From NCBI GenBank assembly GCA_002633005.1, contig NMRA01000011.1, positions 1,928,477 through 1,992,476 of the forward strand: 64,000 bases of DNA. The letters are read 5' to 3'. Position 1 is the stretch's first letter. Each line of letters starts with the position of its first letter. A program made the translations under genes and the position numbers. The notes beneath the pieces were generated by a model. That model saw only the letters and a program-made list of their open reading frames with translations. It did no database searches and was not told where the DNA came from. The DNA is from Phoronis australis. Its lineage: Eukaryota; Animalia; Phoronida. Shown piece after piece: positions 37,048 through 51,193 of this stretch.

Positions 37048-38899
37048 AATTTCACTCGTACTTTGACATCAAGAGACCTACTTGTTTATGGTCCAAAGCG
37101 TTTGCGCGCGAAACCTACTTCTTTTTATGATGTTTATTACACTTTTTATATTTTGTGCAATCAATCCGTAACAAATTTGTTGTATTTAAAATAGTATTCA
37201 ATTGCCCAAAAGACCAAATTATTATTTTGTGTTGGCATTAATGACGCGATTGCTTTGGAAATCGTCTTAAGGTTTGACAAAGAGAGAATTATGAGTTTCT
37301 GAGTGATTTACTAAGGCTTCGATTAAAATTCACATCTTACCAACAGCTTCTGCTTTTTCATCGTCACTCAGATTCCATTTTCTTTAAAAATGAAGTAATT
37401 TTCTTCATTGCACAGTGAAGCAGACGACGGAAACGGAGTCATAGTGCGGAGCGCCACTGCCGGTCGCCTAGGATATCGATATCGTTACGATTGAGCCGTG
37501 TTCCGAATTTGACACTTGACATTGGATCTGGGCACCCCCCCCCCCCAAAAAAAGAATACTAAAACTGCACACATTTCAATCTTGTTTCCTCCGTACAATG
37601 TTAATTACCGGGGTTAATTAATTAACTCAACATTTCCCTTGCTGTTTTATTTTTTTGAGGCAGCCAAGGGGGGCTCCCTGCCCCCCCCCCCCCTAAATCC
37701 GCCTATGATACAAATAATCGTAATGGGAAGGCAAGGTCTGTCATTAGGCAATGAATAGGCAATACTGATGGCGAGTTGGGGAGGTGTATAAAGTAGTGAC
37801 CGGTGCGAGCGCAGTTTGGATGTGGTACTGATGGAGATTAATGGCGATGGTGTCATAGTCAATTGATGGGGTCTCGGGGTACGATAAACTGATGGGTTGC
37901 ATCGAATTGCGCTCACACGATTTCTCCTATGCGAGGATATTTAATGATAGTTAATTACGAGTGAAAACAGAAGCCCAATTGCGCTTTATAAACTTCACTA
38001 TGAGAAAGCAGCACCCGAGTTGCTGGGTTTGTTGACCTTATTACACTACGTTAAACAGGGATTGATCAAGGCCTATGCATTGTGCATGCGCCCCCCGAGA
38101 CCCCCCCCCTCGGGTGCGCGCATATGCTAGTCAGCAATTCGCAACGCGGAAGTGACAAATGGTATGTGAGGAAATTTTAGGGAGGGCCATGGACCCCTTA
38201 CCCGCCGCCACTGCGTACGTCCAGATTCTATGGCCGGGATATACTCTAAATAAATGTACTCGGAAGCGGCGGTTTCTGGATTTTGATAACGTGGTTGTTG
38301 ACAAAACACTTTATTTCATACTTAAGTAAATATATCGTTGACAAAACAATATATTCATACAGGTGTGAAAATATTGTTTTGACCACAGTGTTTTGTATTG
38401 TTTACAAAAGAATGCATAAAAATATAGTTTTGTCGAACAGTATTGTTGACAAAACAGGTGGCGTGTTGACCACACTTAGAGCTGCTGGTTTGCAGTATGC
38501 ATTTCCTCGCCGGTTTAAGATTTATATTATTTGGCTTATATTGCTAAGTGTTTAATGTAAACGTTTGAAAGATTATTTTACAGTTTGTTTTATACATTCT
38601 TTTGTATAAATCGTACGAAATTGTGTTCATTGGGTGATTGTAGATAGAAAGTTAATCATTTGTTCTGTCTTATTGAACCTGGCTAGAGGCGAGTGTGGTA
38701 GATATATGTTGTACACTTACTATATAGACAAGGCTGTTGTCTACTGGACAAAGCTGCTTCAGTTTAAGCTTACAGGGGATACAATAGTTTTGAGGTTTTG
38801 AATAGTTTTAAGTGGCCCAAACTGTTTACCCGGGGCAATCTTCACATGACCACATTAACTTTCAAAGTAATAAACAATATCAACAATGCCTCTGTCAAA

Positions 38900-39100
38900 A
38901 AATGATTTGATCTATATACTAGACAAGATCATCGTACAACTTTGAGATCCTCCTCCCCATATGCAATTCCTCCGTCGTTCAGAAGGTTTAAAGTTATGAT
39001 GTGCATTAACAACTGGAATTCTCTTCCAGTCTCTGTTAAGGAAAGCAACGCTTTTACGAGTATAAAAAAATAATTTTAGAACTATTTTTCATAATTATGA
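38900..39100 (+). mobile_element. CR1/L2-type LINE 3' remnant
   Basis: Encodes ...NNWNSLPVSVKES..., the WNxLP motif of the CR1/L2 ORF2 C-terminus. Confidence 0.4.
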
Positions 39101-40881
39101 CAGCTCAATAGCCCTGACACAATTCTCGCTTCCTCGCTCGAGATGCGGTGTTTTCCTCAACTCCGACAAGTTAAGGCACAACTTCAGTAATGTCTCTCCA
39201 AACTTTAAATGTGGTGACCATCAATCTTATCCTCGTGTTTTCTTCAAATGTCCCTTCATCTTATAGCCGAGAAACTCACTCTTTCGTGCACTCAATGAAA
39301 ACTAATGAATTTCTCTTAAGCAATGTTAGCAAATTTTTATGTATCGCTTATCAACCTTGTTGCTTCTGATTTCCATATCTGTACATGGTTTTGTTTTCAA
39401 TATGTTCGTAATAACGTTTCTAAATAATTGAATACTTATATAAGATACTACTAACATGTATATAGTCCTATGTATACTACTTTCATCTATGAATTGTCTA
39501 CTCCTCAGATGTAATGCTTTGCGATTTCTGGGTTTGTCATTATTTCCTTGTATGTTCTGTGTATTCTTCAATACATATCACCTTAAAAAACAACTATGCA
39601 ACAGACGTTCAAAATAACTGTGTTTGTTGTTAGGAATATTGTTATTTTCCAGAGTTCACTTTCTTTAGTAACATAGCAATCGTAATATGTGTTCCAATGT
39701 CTCTTGTTTACGATAACATACACTACATGTATCAGGGTCACTAACTTACTTTCTGAAGAAAAGAGTTTATTTCTAAACTTTACGGAAAGTCCTACACTGC
39801 AATCAATGTGGTGAGCTATCCACATTACATTTGAAAGCTACGTGACAGATTTTTGCCCATTTTTATCTATCAGAAAACCTTTATCTGCAAATTTCGGATA
39901 GATTCGTGGAGTGGTTGATCGCATTTTTCGTAAATGTCACTGCATTCTGATTTTTTTCTGGATAATGTAATCGTGTCCAATTAATTATAATAGATTAAGA
40001 TGTATAATTTTGGATAAATGCCTGACTAAATTATCAAGTGTGAGGGATCCATGTTCTAAAACTATTGTCTTTTTTGGGTAGAAATTTTTTGAATCATTTA
40101 AATTATTTCCCTAAAGACTTAATAACTAGTCATTTATATAATTCTGGTTCATTTTCCTGTTTATGACTTACTATAACACGCTCTTATTTTTCGCATTTTG
40201 GTAATACTCTCGGTTTTTATAATTAGGAGAAAGTTTTTAACCAGTGAGATATGCGAAATGACAATTACTTATGAATTAAATTATTTATCTTTGGATTCTG
40301 GCATAATCAACAAGAACTGTCAATGGGCTTTTAAATGAAATGGCTCGTTTGCCAAGAACCTGTAACATGGTGGTAGCCACCACCTCGTAATGTTCGAGCA
40401 AGTTACATGAGCCGTCGTGTACCAGGGCCTGCATTGCTTTCACTAGCGCAAGACAGCAAGAATTCGAACTTGGTGGTTTCACAAAAGTAGAAAAAATGAT
40501 CTTAGCATCCAGTCTAACGTTAACCATTGACCAGCTTGGTTCACTGCTCTGAAGCGGCTCGTTGAAAATATGTAGGTTCATTAGATAAGAAAAGTAACCA
40601 TCTTTTTAAGAATTGCGGCACGTTCAAGTCATATTTGCATGAAGTAAGACAAGTGCCTTGTCAAAGCAAGGTACCTCGAAAGTGTAACAAATCAGCAGAG
40701 ACTCATAAAAGCATTTTATTTCTATAGCACCAATGAAGTGACGGAAAGAAATGACCAAGTAGAGGGCTTTCGAGTCTGGTTGGGTATTGCTCGTACGCAG
40801 CGAACACCGTCCGATTGTCGTGTGTCACGGAAGGGATTTCTTCAAATACAGCTTTTTCCGCATTCTTCGCCGAAGAGCAAA

Positions 40882-40934
40882 TTAGTCCTTCTTGTGTAGA
40901 CTTTCGCATATTTCATTAAAACCAGCAATTTCAT
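40882..40934 (-). CDS. SPARC: SPARC last coding exon
   Basis: tttttag|ATGAAATT...GACTAA; carries the C-terminal Cys seen in invertebrate SPARCs; AATAAA signals downstream (~40715, ~40282). Confidence 0.85.
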
Positions 40935-43900
40935 CTAAAAATGTGAATGAATCAACTGAATAACAACTTCACGAACCACAGACACATTTCCTGCAGCTAC
41001 GCGTTTTTGCAATAAAACATGAATGGAAATATGATTTTAGAATCGATGCAACTAAGGTATAGTCGGGTAACTGCGAAATCGTCTTTAAAAAGCATATTCC
41101 CTTGCTTCTTGAGGTTTTCTTAAAACCTATTTTAATCAAAATTTGAAAAAAGTCTTTGCATTTACAGAGTTCGAATCGGGAACTTCAAAAGTACATTCCA
41201 CCTTAAAGGTGCTCTTCGACCTGTTTAGCTGGCTTAAAAAACGAAAATTGGCCTTTCACTCTCATAAATTGCTCCTTCGAATATTCTGTTTCTGTTATCA
41301 ATCAGAACATTGAGAACATCAGATACTCTGGAAAATGCTTCAGATTATTGGGGTTGGCCAACTCTAAATTGCAAAATCGAAAATGGCGCCTGTGACTTGA
41401 GTTGTCAGCTTCTTCGGCAACGATTCCAGATCGGATGAGCATAATGTTTTTAAAGAGGAATGGAACGCAAAAACTCGTACATGTAAACATAACTTTTAAA
41501 CAGATCTTGGCGCATCTACATTTTGGCGAACGTGAGAGTAATTCACTTTGAATATTGGAAGAATTTCTAGAAAAAATCGCCAGATTGATTTCACTATTTT
41601 TGAAACACAGAGGAAATATGAACTCTTTCATCCCAGTACAATTTTCTCTGCCTCTAATAATACATATGTGGGCATGCTCTCAGTCAAAGAAATCGGACTG
41701 GCTGCTGCTTAAATGGCCATTGTTTACATAAAAGGTCACATTTTCCATATACATGTAAGGGAAATGTGCTGCTCCCAGGTCTTGCCATACCAAAGAAGAA
41801 GACGTGCTTTGCCGTGTGGGAGAAAAATTGACAAAGTTACGAGCAGATGGCGGATCGGTTTTTGGAAATTTGAACCAAAGGAAAATGCTTTGACATTAAC
41901 AGAAATTCAAAGTCTTTACGAACAAACCGTAAAAATACTTGGTGAATAATTTGAATCCTGTTTCAGTGGCAGAGAACCACGTCGAATAATGCAATTTATT
42001 CTGTTTTTCGCGTTCTGAGCTACATGTACATGTACTTTAAACCCACAGCGCTTCGAATAAGAGCACTACATTGACAGTTAAACAGTGCCGAAATGTTTCC
42101 TGAGCTGCAGAAACCCTTCTTTTGCATATAACACTTCAGTTGCAATTGTATTTCAGTAGCACTTGTAACTTTTTTTTTGCCGCCAAAAATACCTTCGTTC
42201 ATTCCAAGACACGTGGTCCATTCGTCCACAGTTATGATCTTGTCATCCCCAGCACATTGGTCCAGGAACGGTCCCACGCAGTGTTCCATCGTCTTCAGCT
42301 GGGCTGTGATTACAAGTAGCTCACGACGTGTCACCTGGCTGTTCAAAAGTTGAAAGCTGAGTGTTAGTGTAGAGTAGGGTACCACAGACATCGTGAAGCT
42401 ATTCTTGGTGATACCCAAGGAGTACTGGTGGTGTGGTGACATGGGAAGTGAACTTCCAAACAATCAATTCTCTCAACTTTGAATTCTGATGTACATCTTT
42501 GACATCCGATTCGTTGTTGGTCAATCAAGGATGAGGTGAACCTATGTATTTAAATCACCCCATTGTAAAAGCATACTTTTATAACCATAACTGGCGTAGT
42601 AGCTTGACTCGTAATCCAGTTCGATGCGTGATAAACTGCATAATGTCACCCTCTGCGGAACAGTTTGTTGTTATTGCAATCCGCTGTCAGTGCTTCTATT
42701 TTCGTATGTTTTAACGGTTATCGAAAAAAGAACAAACTGGGCAATTGAAATCACTGAGCAGCACTTGAATAACTATTTCTCTCAGAAAATTACTGAAAGT
42801 GATAAAAATAAAGGACAAGTTGAGATGTTGAGACACGCATACAAAGCAGGACTGCGTTCCGTAGGCGAAAGAATATCGCAAGTAAAGATAGTGTGATTGC
42901 ATGCTTGAATTGCTGTGCATGGTGATATCTCGCGAACTTTTGCGTAGTCGTGCATTTTTGCAATTGCAGTACATCTACGCCCGTATGGGGCACCAGATCG
43001 TATCTTAGTATTATAACAAAATCCGGAGATGTACACTAGACCCTAACACTAATATAATTTGGAGTCGAGTCAATATTTCACTTTGCAATTATTTATCTTT
43101 CACCAGGAGGTTTTCTCTTCCTGCTTTCACTAATAAGATCCCACACACTTCTGAAAGCAAAAGCGCGGCCAATGCACTGGTACAGGACTGGAGACCTGTG
43201 TTAAAATGATCAACTTACTCGTCATAAGGATGTTGATCAACCTACCCTTCATAAGGATGTGGATCAATCTACCCATCATAAGGATGTTGATCAACCTACT
43301 CGTCATAAGGATGTTGATCAACCTACCCGTCATAAGGATGTTGATCCAGATCGCAAAACTTCCACAGTACTGGGATCACCCAGTTCTTCTTTTGCGTTTC
43401 GGATTTCTTTGCCAATTCGATCTCTTTAGGGGTGATGTCCTTTCTCTTGGCCTTAACAATGAACAATATTGAGCGCTCATCAAAAGCGGCAAACGAACAG
43501 CAGTAAATAGTACGGGTCAGCCAAACTCGGATGATTTTAGAANCAAAGCTCAGTGGAAACTAAACTTCCAGTCAAGAAAATACTATACTAGTGAGCCAAA
43601 GTAATGTGCACCTGATTATACTGGTGAATTAGCCACGAAACCGCAAATCTACTTACTCGTCGGGGGCCGCGAATTCAGGTTCCGCTTGGCCACAGCACCG
43701 TCAGGGCAGAAGTTGTACATTGACAGTCATTATTTGAGTAACGTAAATGTAAATAAAGATTCTCTTAACACCTGGCCGTGGGATGGAAATCGAGTTGTTT
43801 CACAACAGTTTCTGCACTGAATTAGCACTGAACAAGGCCTCGGTGTCCCGTCAACTATTAGTTTTATTGCACCTAAAGCCGGTAACGCAGTGATTTATTT

Positions 43901-46900
43901 ATTGCTGGCTTCTCAAATCATTTGCACTCACGAACACTCCAAAGGCATTACAAATTGCATCTAATGAGACATACTTTGTTTCAATTTCATATAAGTATTG
44001 GTTAGGGTGAGAATAATTCATTTTGAAACAGAACGCTAGGTAATAAACGCCAACATGGCACGAACTCGCAATCCCGACTTAGGACGAGCTAGAGCTCATC
44101 AGTCCCGACTTCGCAGGTGGGTCGTTAAGTTTTACAGGCTATCAATTCGAACAGGAATACAGTGATGAAGAAATACTAGAGAGGCGCCGTGAACAAGCTC
44201 AGACAACGGAACGTATGGAGTTATTTTGTAAGCCCATTCGTCAGGCACTGTCGACGTCTCCAAGCCACAGACAAGGAGATGTTTCACGGCCTCATACTTG
44301 CTATTTCCATGAGCCACTTCCTAAGCATTTCGGACTCTCGAGGAAGTAAAAAACAGTATACCCGCTTTCCTCGTAGCTGCTTAGTTCGGACAAGCGGGAA
44401 CGATGCACTGCAACATAGCGACATTCACTCTGCATATGAACCACTGACGTCGCTAGCGTCGTTTCTCACCTTCCTCACAGGTTAACGCGATACCTCTTGG
44501 CAAGGTAAAGTCGACCGTATGTGAGGCGATGTGGATATAGACCGATTAAAGTGGCAAAAAAGACTAATTAAACCGGGTGGCATTCTCCTTTAACGGTTAT
44601 CGAAAAAAGAACAAACTGCCTGGGCAATTGAAATCACTGAGCAGCACTTGAATAACTATTTCTCTCAGAAAGTTACTGAAAGTGATAAAAATAAGGGACA
44701 AGTTGAAATGTTTAGACGTGCATACAAAGCAGGACTGCGTTCCGTAGGCGAAAGAACATCGCAAGTAAAGATAGTGTGATTGCATGCTTGAACTTCTGTG
44801 CATGGTGATATCTCGCGAACTTTTGCGTAGTCGTGCATTTTTGCAAGTGCAGTACATCTACGCCCGTATGGGGCACCAGATCGTATCTTAGTATTATAAC
44901 AAAGTCCAGAGATGTACACTAGACCCTAACACTAATTTAATTTGGAGTCGAGGCAATATTTCACTTTGCAAATATTTATCTTTCACTAATAAGATCCCAC
45001 ACACTTCTGAAAGCAAAAGCGCGGCCAATGCACTGGTACAGGACTGGAGACCTGTGTTAAAATGATCAACTTACTCGTCATAAGGATGTTGATCAACCTA
45101 CCCTTCATAAGGATGTTGATCAATCTACCCATCATAAGGATGTTGATCAACCTACCCGTCATAAGGATGTTGATCAACCTACCCGTCATAAGGATGTTGA
45201 TCCAGATCGCAAAACTTCCACAGTACTGGGATCACCCAGTTCTTCTTTTGCGTTTCGGATTTCTTTGCCAATTCGATCTCTTTAGGGGTGATGTCCTTTC
45301 TCTTGGCCTTAACAATGAACAATATTGAGCGCTCATCAAAAGCGGCAAACGAACAGCAGTAAATAGTACGGGTCAGCCAAACTCGGATGATTTTAGAATC
45401 CTTTGTGAAAGTAAGAGACGAACAGTTTTTACCATCAGCCTTGGTTTGCACGTTCATCTGAATCGAACTGTGGACAATAGAGCAACGAGAAAATTGCAAA
45501 ACTAAATGTTTTTTACGTCACTAACACTAGCTTTAGGGTTATATAGAACCATAGAAAAACGACCAACTTTAACTAACATCGTCTCTCAGAAATGGCTTGT
45601 CGGATTCGTGTGAAATTTTCAGGCACTATTTTTTGCGCGCTGTTTTCCGATACGCTGTTAGGAATTGTTTTTGAAATGTTCGCGCTTTTGCATGAGGGGC
45701 TAACAAAATATAGCATTCCCAAGATATGAGAAAAAAATCAAAATTTGAATAAACGAAAACAAAATGATAATTCCGCAACAGTTTTTATGAGACTTCTTGA
45801 AATAATTTTTAACAGACAAAATTTCGTTCGTGGATTGCCACGAATGCACCTTTATTTGCTAAATTTTATTGAAAACGCATGGTCACGTGACCCAAAGTCA
45901 AAAATCAAAATTCAGCCGGCTCTCTAGTTTCAGAACATGTTTACTCCTAGTGACCTAAAATCTACAGTTTTGTGGATACTTACACGTAGCTGAATACAAA
46001 CTTAAGGTCCTACAAAATCTTAGGCGTGTAATTATACATTTACTTTGAAGTGAAAGGCGCTTATATTTTTCATACCCTATTGTCAACGTCTTTACTCTTA
46101 CGTGCTGGTACGTCCAACGCGCATGGCCGCGATTATTACAATTTTAGAGGTGGCCATATTTAAGTACATGTACATGTACATGTAAATTAACGTATTTATA
46201 TGTTGATCAGTCTTGAGCAAGAAATATACGGCGCGTAGACCGTGGATAGCACTGAAGCACTGAATTACATTCACACCCAAAAACACGAATCGCCGATCTT
46301 GGGTAGAAAAACACGAAATGCCAATCTAAAACACAAGAATCACGCTTTGAAATATGAAGCATGGTGTCATGGATGACAAGGACGTTGTAATCGCGCCCTC
46401 TGTTTTGGTCAGCACTTCATGTTGGAAGGTTGATTCTAGTGTTATCCAAGGCCGGTGGTTCGTGTTCTTGGTTCAGTACTTCCTGGGGGTAGTATATAGT
46501 CATAGGTACTTCGTAGTTGAATGTAACTACTTCCTAAGGTCACTGCTTGATACATATACTTGTTCATGGAGCTTGAATGTAATCAATGCCAAGTACTAAT
46601 CATCAGAGTGACATTGCGGGCTGAACTGACAGTACAAGAGCTAAATTATTGTTGCGGATATTGACTAATATAAGAATGATTATTTTGTAAGCAGAAAAAG
46701 AATAGAGAAATAAAAAATAAGAACACGCTGCATGCCAACTACAGATGGGAAAAGAAAAACACCTTTGAGGTAATATGCAGATCTAAATGTGACAAAATAA
46801 TCGAAAGTGTTCAGCATTTTGCACATTAAATCCATGATACATCAAGGTCATGATTTTCAATTTACAGTAAATGCGGTTAGCAATGTGATCGTTTCTACAT

Positions 46901-49900
46901 AACAGAACTAAAGGCCTCTTCATGCAACTCTTGTTTGCGGAAATTTTGCGCAATATTTTGCGGAATCAGGTTTGCGGAAAAAAATTAAAGCGCGAACGCA
47001 AAACTACCGCAATCCCAGTTTCACCAAATTTTGTGGAATTTATTGAGGAAAACGCTCCAGATGCTGTAACAGTTGTTTACATAAGTTTGATGATAAATTA
47101 CTCTTCTCATACCCGGCACAAACCGGAAAATTGACCGGCGACACGTTTTTCTCAGTGCGCATGGTACAACAATTCTCTCTTTAGTTTCAAAAAGTCTCGA
47201 AGTCTCTGTTGTCTCGCTATAAAAATTTCGATTTATCTAAAAATGTGGTCTGACGCAGAAACTGAATTACTCATCGGCTAGAAGCGGGAAGTTGCAGTGC
47301 CGGAATGGCCAGCCTTCTAAGACGAAACATGGTGGACCGGCTTTCATTAAAATCAGGAACGAAGCAAAATTCAGTTCTGTTCAATCAGTTGATGAGTCAC
47401 AAGACCTTGTAAATACATGTAGCTACATTCGTGGCAGCGGTGTATTCTTTTCCTTCCGTTGGTATTTTCAGTTGATAGAAATTGCGTAATCGACAGGAGT
47501 CGCATGAACGCTCGCGGATTGCGGAAATTTTGAATTGTTCTCGAGTGAACGGGCCTTAAGAAACAGAAGAAAACCATAGATAAAGAAGAAACGCACAACA
47601 TATGGTAGGAGCGAGCATCAGCAAACGCTGGGGGGTTCATTACTCACGAGTTGCAGCATGACTCGTGACAACCAGCCACGCATGCGCTTTGGGAATGTCG
47701 CCATTTGCTCGTCTTTGCACTTTGGAATATCTGAAATATATCGTTCTGACATAATGAGGCACGTGTATCACACGCTAGAACACTCACCAAGTCCTGCAGG
47801 ACGGTTTTCAGCCAGTTCCTCATGCGAATTGGAAAGGCTTTCATTTGCCCGTCGGCGCATGGTGGAAAAGCTGGAAAACACTTATTTATCATTACAAAGC
47901 CAGGAGCGGATCCAGGATTTTGAGTTGGGGGGAGCAGGGCAGAGAGCCTAATAGCCAGGATTTTGCCCGTCAGACATTCTGGGAGAATTTTAGGGGCTGG
48001 CATGGCGCCTTGGCCCCCTTCTAAATACGTCACTGAAAGCCAATACTATCCCCTATTAACAGGTGTCGACCGTCAGGGTTTTTGGTTCCGCATGCAAGTG
48101 GCTGTAGTGAATGGAACAGAATGGTTCAGTTGACACAGTCAATTCTTGCAAAAGATTGTCTGAAAATAGATGACGGAGGGTTTCAGGCAATTTGCAATTC
48201 AGTTTCGATCCCATAGCCCACTAACATCTGAGCCTTGTGTAGAACTCTGTCATACGGTTGTTGATTGGTCAATCAATGATAAGATCAATTGGTTTGTTTA
48301 AATCAGTTGAACATAAAAAGTATGATTTTACAACCTTAACTGAGTTAACCATATAAACGCAGGGTGAAAAGTTGTGATCACCATGTCCATTGTCCCCATG
48401 TTATTTACATGTAGCTTTACATTTTGATTCGGTTACAGTACAACTGTGCACTTTACACGTATGAATAGGCGCATCTCATAATGGCTATCCAAAAAGGAAC
48501 AGCATGTCATCAAAATTATTGAGCAGCAACTTGATAAATATTTCTAGAAAGTATAGGAAATGAGAGAAATAAAGTTACAAATTGAAATACGCTTTAAAGT
48601 CATGTCTTAGTTTGTTATGGTAAAACTGAAAGTTAGCGTCTTTGGTCTGACCACGTGGCCTCGTTTTCGAGATCAACACCAGACTCAAACGCTAACAGAG
48701 TCTAGATTCGTAACTGTTCATAATTTTGACTCACTCCACCTAAGGGCGGCAGCAGTAGTTGTGTTATGGGCACGTAACAATAGGTGGCACTAAACAGTTA
48801 GGCCGCGTTCGCGGCAAAATTGAACTACCAAATTATAAAATCTAGGGGTAGGCCAGGCTTGGGGGCATTTTTATTAAGGCATTGCATGTAGGCTCAGTGA
48901 ATGTGGTTTGTTTGTATCTGTGAGCATACTGAGAATGAAAAACGACCACTTGTCCGGCTGAAACTGCACTCTTCTTCAAGAGAGGCCCCCATGAGATATA
49001 TACATGTAGCTATATAGCTCGTTGAGCGGCCCCTGTGGCGCATTGCTGGGTAACGACTGAGAAACTGGCTGCGATTAGTAGGTTCCCTCAAACAAGCCAG
49101 ATTTGCAAAAAACCTAGTAGATTGACAGTGCTTTTTGACGACATTTTTGGAATCGGTAGGAAATTTGCTTTAAGAATCTGCTGTTGACTTTAATCGTGCA
49201 GGGAAGTGGTGGTTTTGGGGTGAAAGGTGCCTATTTTGTGTTTTTGCTACTTTTTGTTAAACGACTATCTTGCTTTTCAGTAGGAGAGAAACGGTCAAAA
49301 ACACAAGAGAGAATAAAATTTCTGTACTCATCTGTAGGGCTTGTGATGTGAAATGACTCAAAACCTTTCATTCTTTACATGACTGACAGAGTGAAGAAAA
49401 TGTGACGATCGAGTCTATTGACGTGTGTTCTGATACGCAAACCCCATTGAGAACTATTCTTTGTCCCCTTAGCAGTGTGTGGCACAGTTTTGGCTGCTAA
49501 ATCAAGAGAAAAGTGACACAAGCAACCATGCTTCTCTCACTATCTACAATATTGACTGGTGGTTTTCCAATTATTTGTGTGACCTCTTACCTCGGCAATA
49601 GCCATAGTAGTCCAAGTGTGCGTGCTTATGTTTAGGGTCAGTGCAGCTGGCCTCTTCGGTTTGGCACAAGCACCGTTGGCGATCTAGTTCGCATTCACTT
49701 CTGAAGGTCTCGTTGTGAGTGCTGCATACCTGAAACACGTGTAGGTGTGTAAAAACGGGACTCAGACAGGCACAAATAGTGTTCAGTGTTCAGACAAATA
49801 AAATTTACTTCCACTATTAGACTAAACACATACTGTAGTACTGTCAGATTTTATTCTACCTCTCTTAAAATTGAATTTTTTCTGCTATATAAAGTGTGTC

Positions 49901-51127
49901 CTAAAAAGTACTTAATAACTGCGTTGTTTATGCTAGTGAACTATTAAATTCAATGTGTCAGGGTTACGGAACAGAAAAAGAAATGATTGCATTTTAAAAA
50001 TTTTTAGACAAAGAATGTTACTTAAAAGATGTCAAAACGTGCGTGTGAATGCTATGTGGGGGTGGTAGTGAAAGCACCCGGCGATCTGCACGACTGTTAG
50101 CTACATTTCAGTGATGATAAATACATGGATTACAAACTTGTACATACTTTTTCTTTTATAGTCACCAATTTAGAATACAGGATGATTTTCGTCAGTCGAA
50201 AGGTATCAATAAAATATAAACATTTCGTAACTTTCAGCTATGTTCGTTTTTGCCTTATGTTATTATTAATTAAGAAAACAAAAACTGAGGGGTTTCCCCG
50301 GAAACTTCTTTACACATGGCGACCCACTAATGAGTCACTACGGCGGCCATTTGAAGCGGTGGTGCACCAACAAAATTCGTATCAGATTTATTTAAGTTAA
50401 ATATTTTGAAAATATTTGTAGTTATGCTGAAAAAAACATTATTTGAGGTTTAAGCTTTGACTGAACTAACTTGCGTTCAAAACCGAATTTTTAACTACAC
50501 TGAAACGGAAAGAGCATCTGTTTCATTTGCTAGCCATTGGATTGATTCACATTTTTCACCCTACTTGTTCGTCCTCGTACTGAGGTTTTGGGCACGACTT
50601 GCGACAAACACATGTAGGATTTCCGTCTTCATCTAAGTCACACTCGTGGCCATGAGCACAGTGGTGGTTCAGGCATTTACGGAGGACTCTTTCTGCAGAA
50701 AACAAAATATGGATTTTGAGAGAAACTGGTGTTCATAGGTCAGAGAATAATCATAGCAAAGCGCTCATCTCAACCTGATAAAATCTGAGTCATAATATTT
50801 GTTACCGTGATAGGATTCCATTTCCATTACGAATTCAAGTCATATGGGTCCTTTTTGAATTCGCAATATTAAGGCTGAACATGGCCAATAAAGTCTATAA
50901 AAGCGTTTTCTTGAGTCGCTGATGGTTTCGATATTCTCATCCTGGTAATGGGATTGTGTCACGGTAAGGAATATTATGAGACCGTTTTTATGAAAGTAAA
51001 TTACTCGATTTGCTTTTTTCGCCAGCTGAACATGGCCAAATGCAGCTTTTATCTTCCTTAAGATTGTATTTGCATACATATATATACATACACACCGATA
51101 CATACATAGATACACAGATAGATAGAT

Positions 51128-51193
<66 letters not shown>

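Larger units (their letters stand above)
42711..45398. repeat. Direct duplication 42711-43542 / 44590-45398 flanking a Kolobok fragment
   Basis: Both copies start at TTAACGGTTATCG and end at GATGATTTTAGAA; each contains the SPARC EF-hand-1 exon and the minisatellite. Confidence 0.95.

Noticed and set aside
43130-43472. Repetitive ORFs (MTGRLINIL..., MINLLVIRML...) or a CRISPR-like array
   Set aside because: These are off-frame and antisense translations of the 27-bp minisatellite; there are no spacers and the context is eukaryotic.
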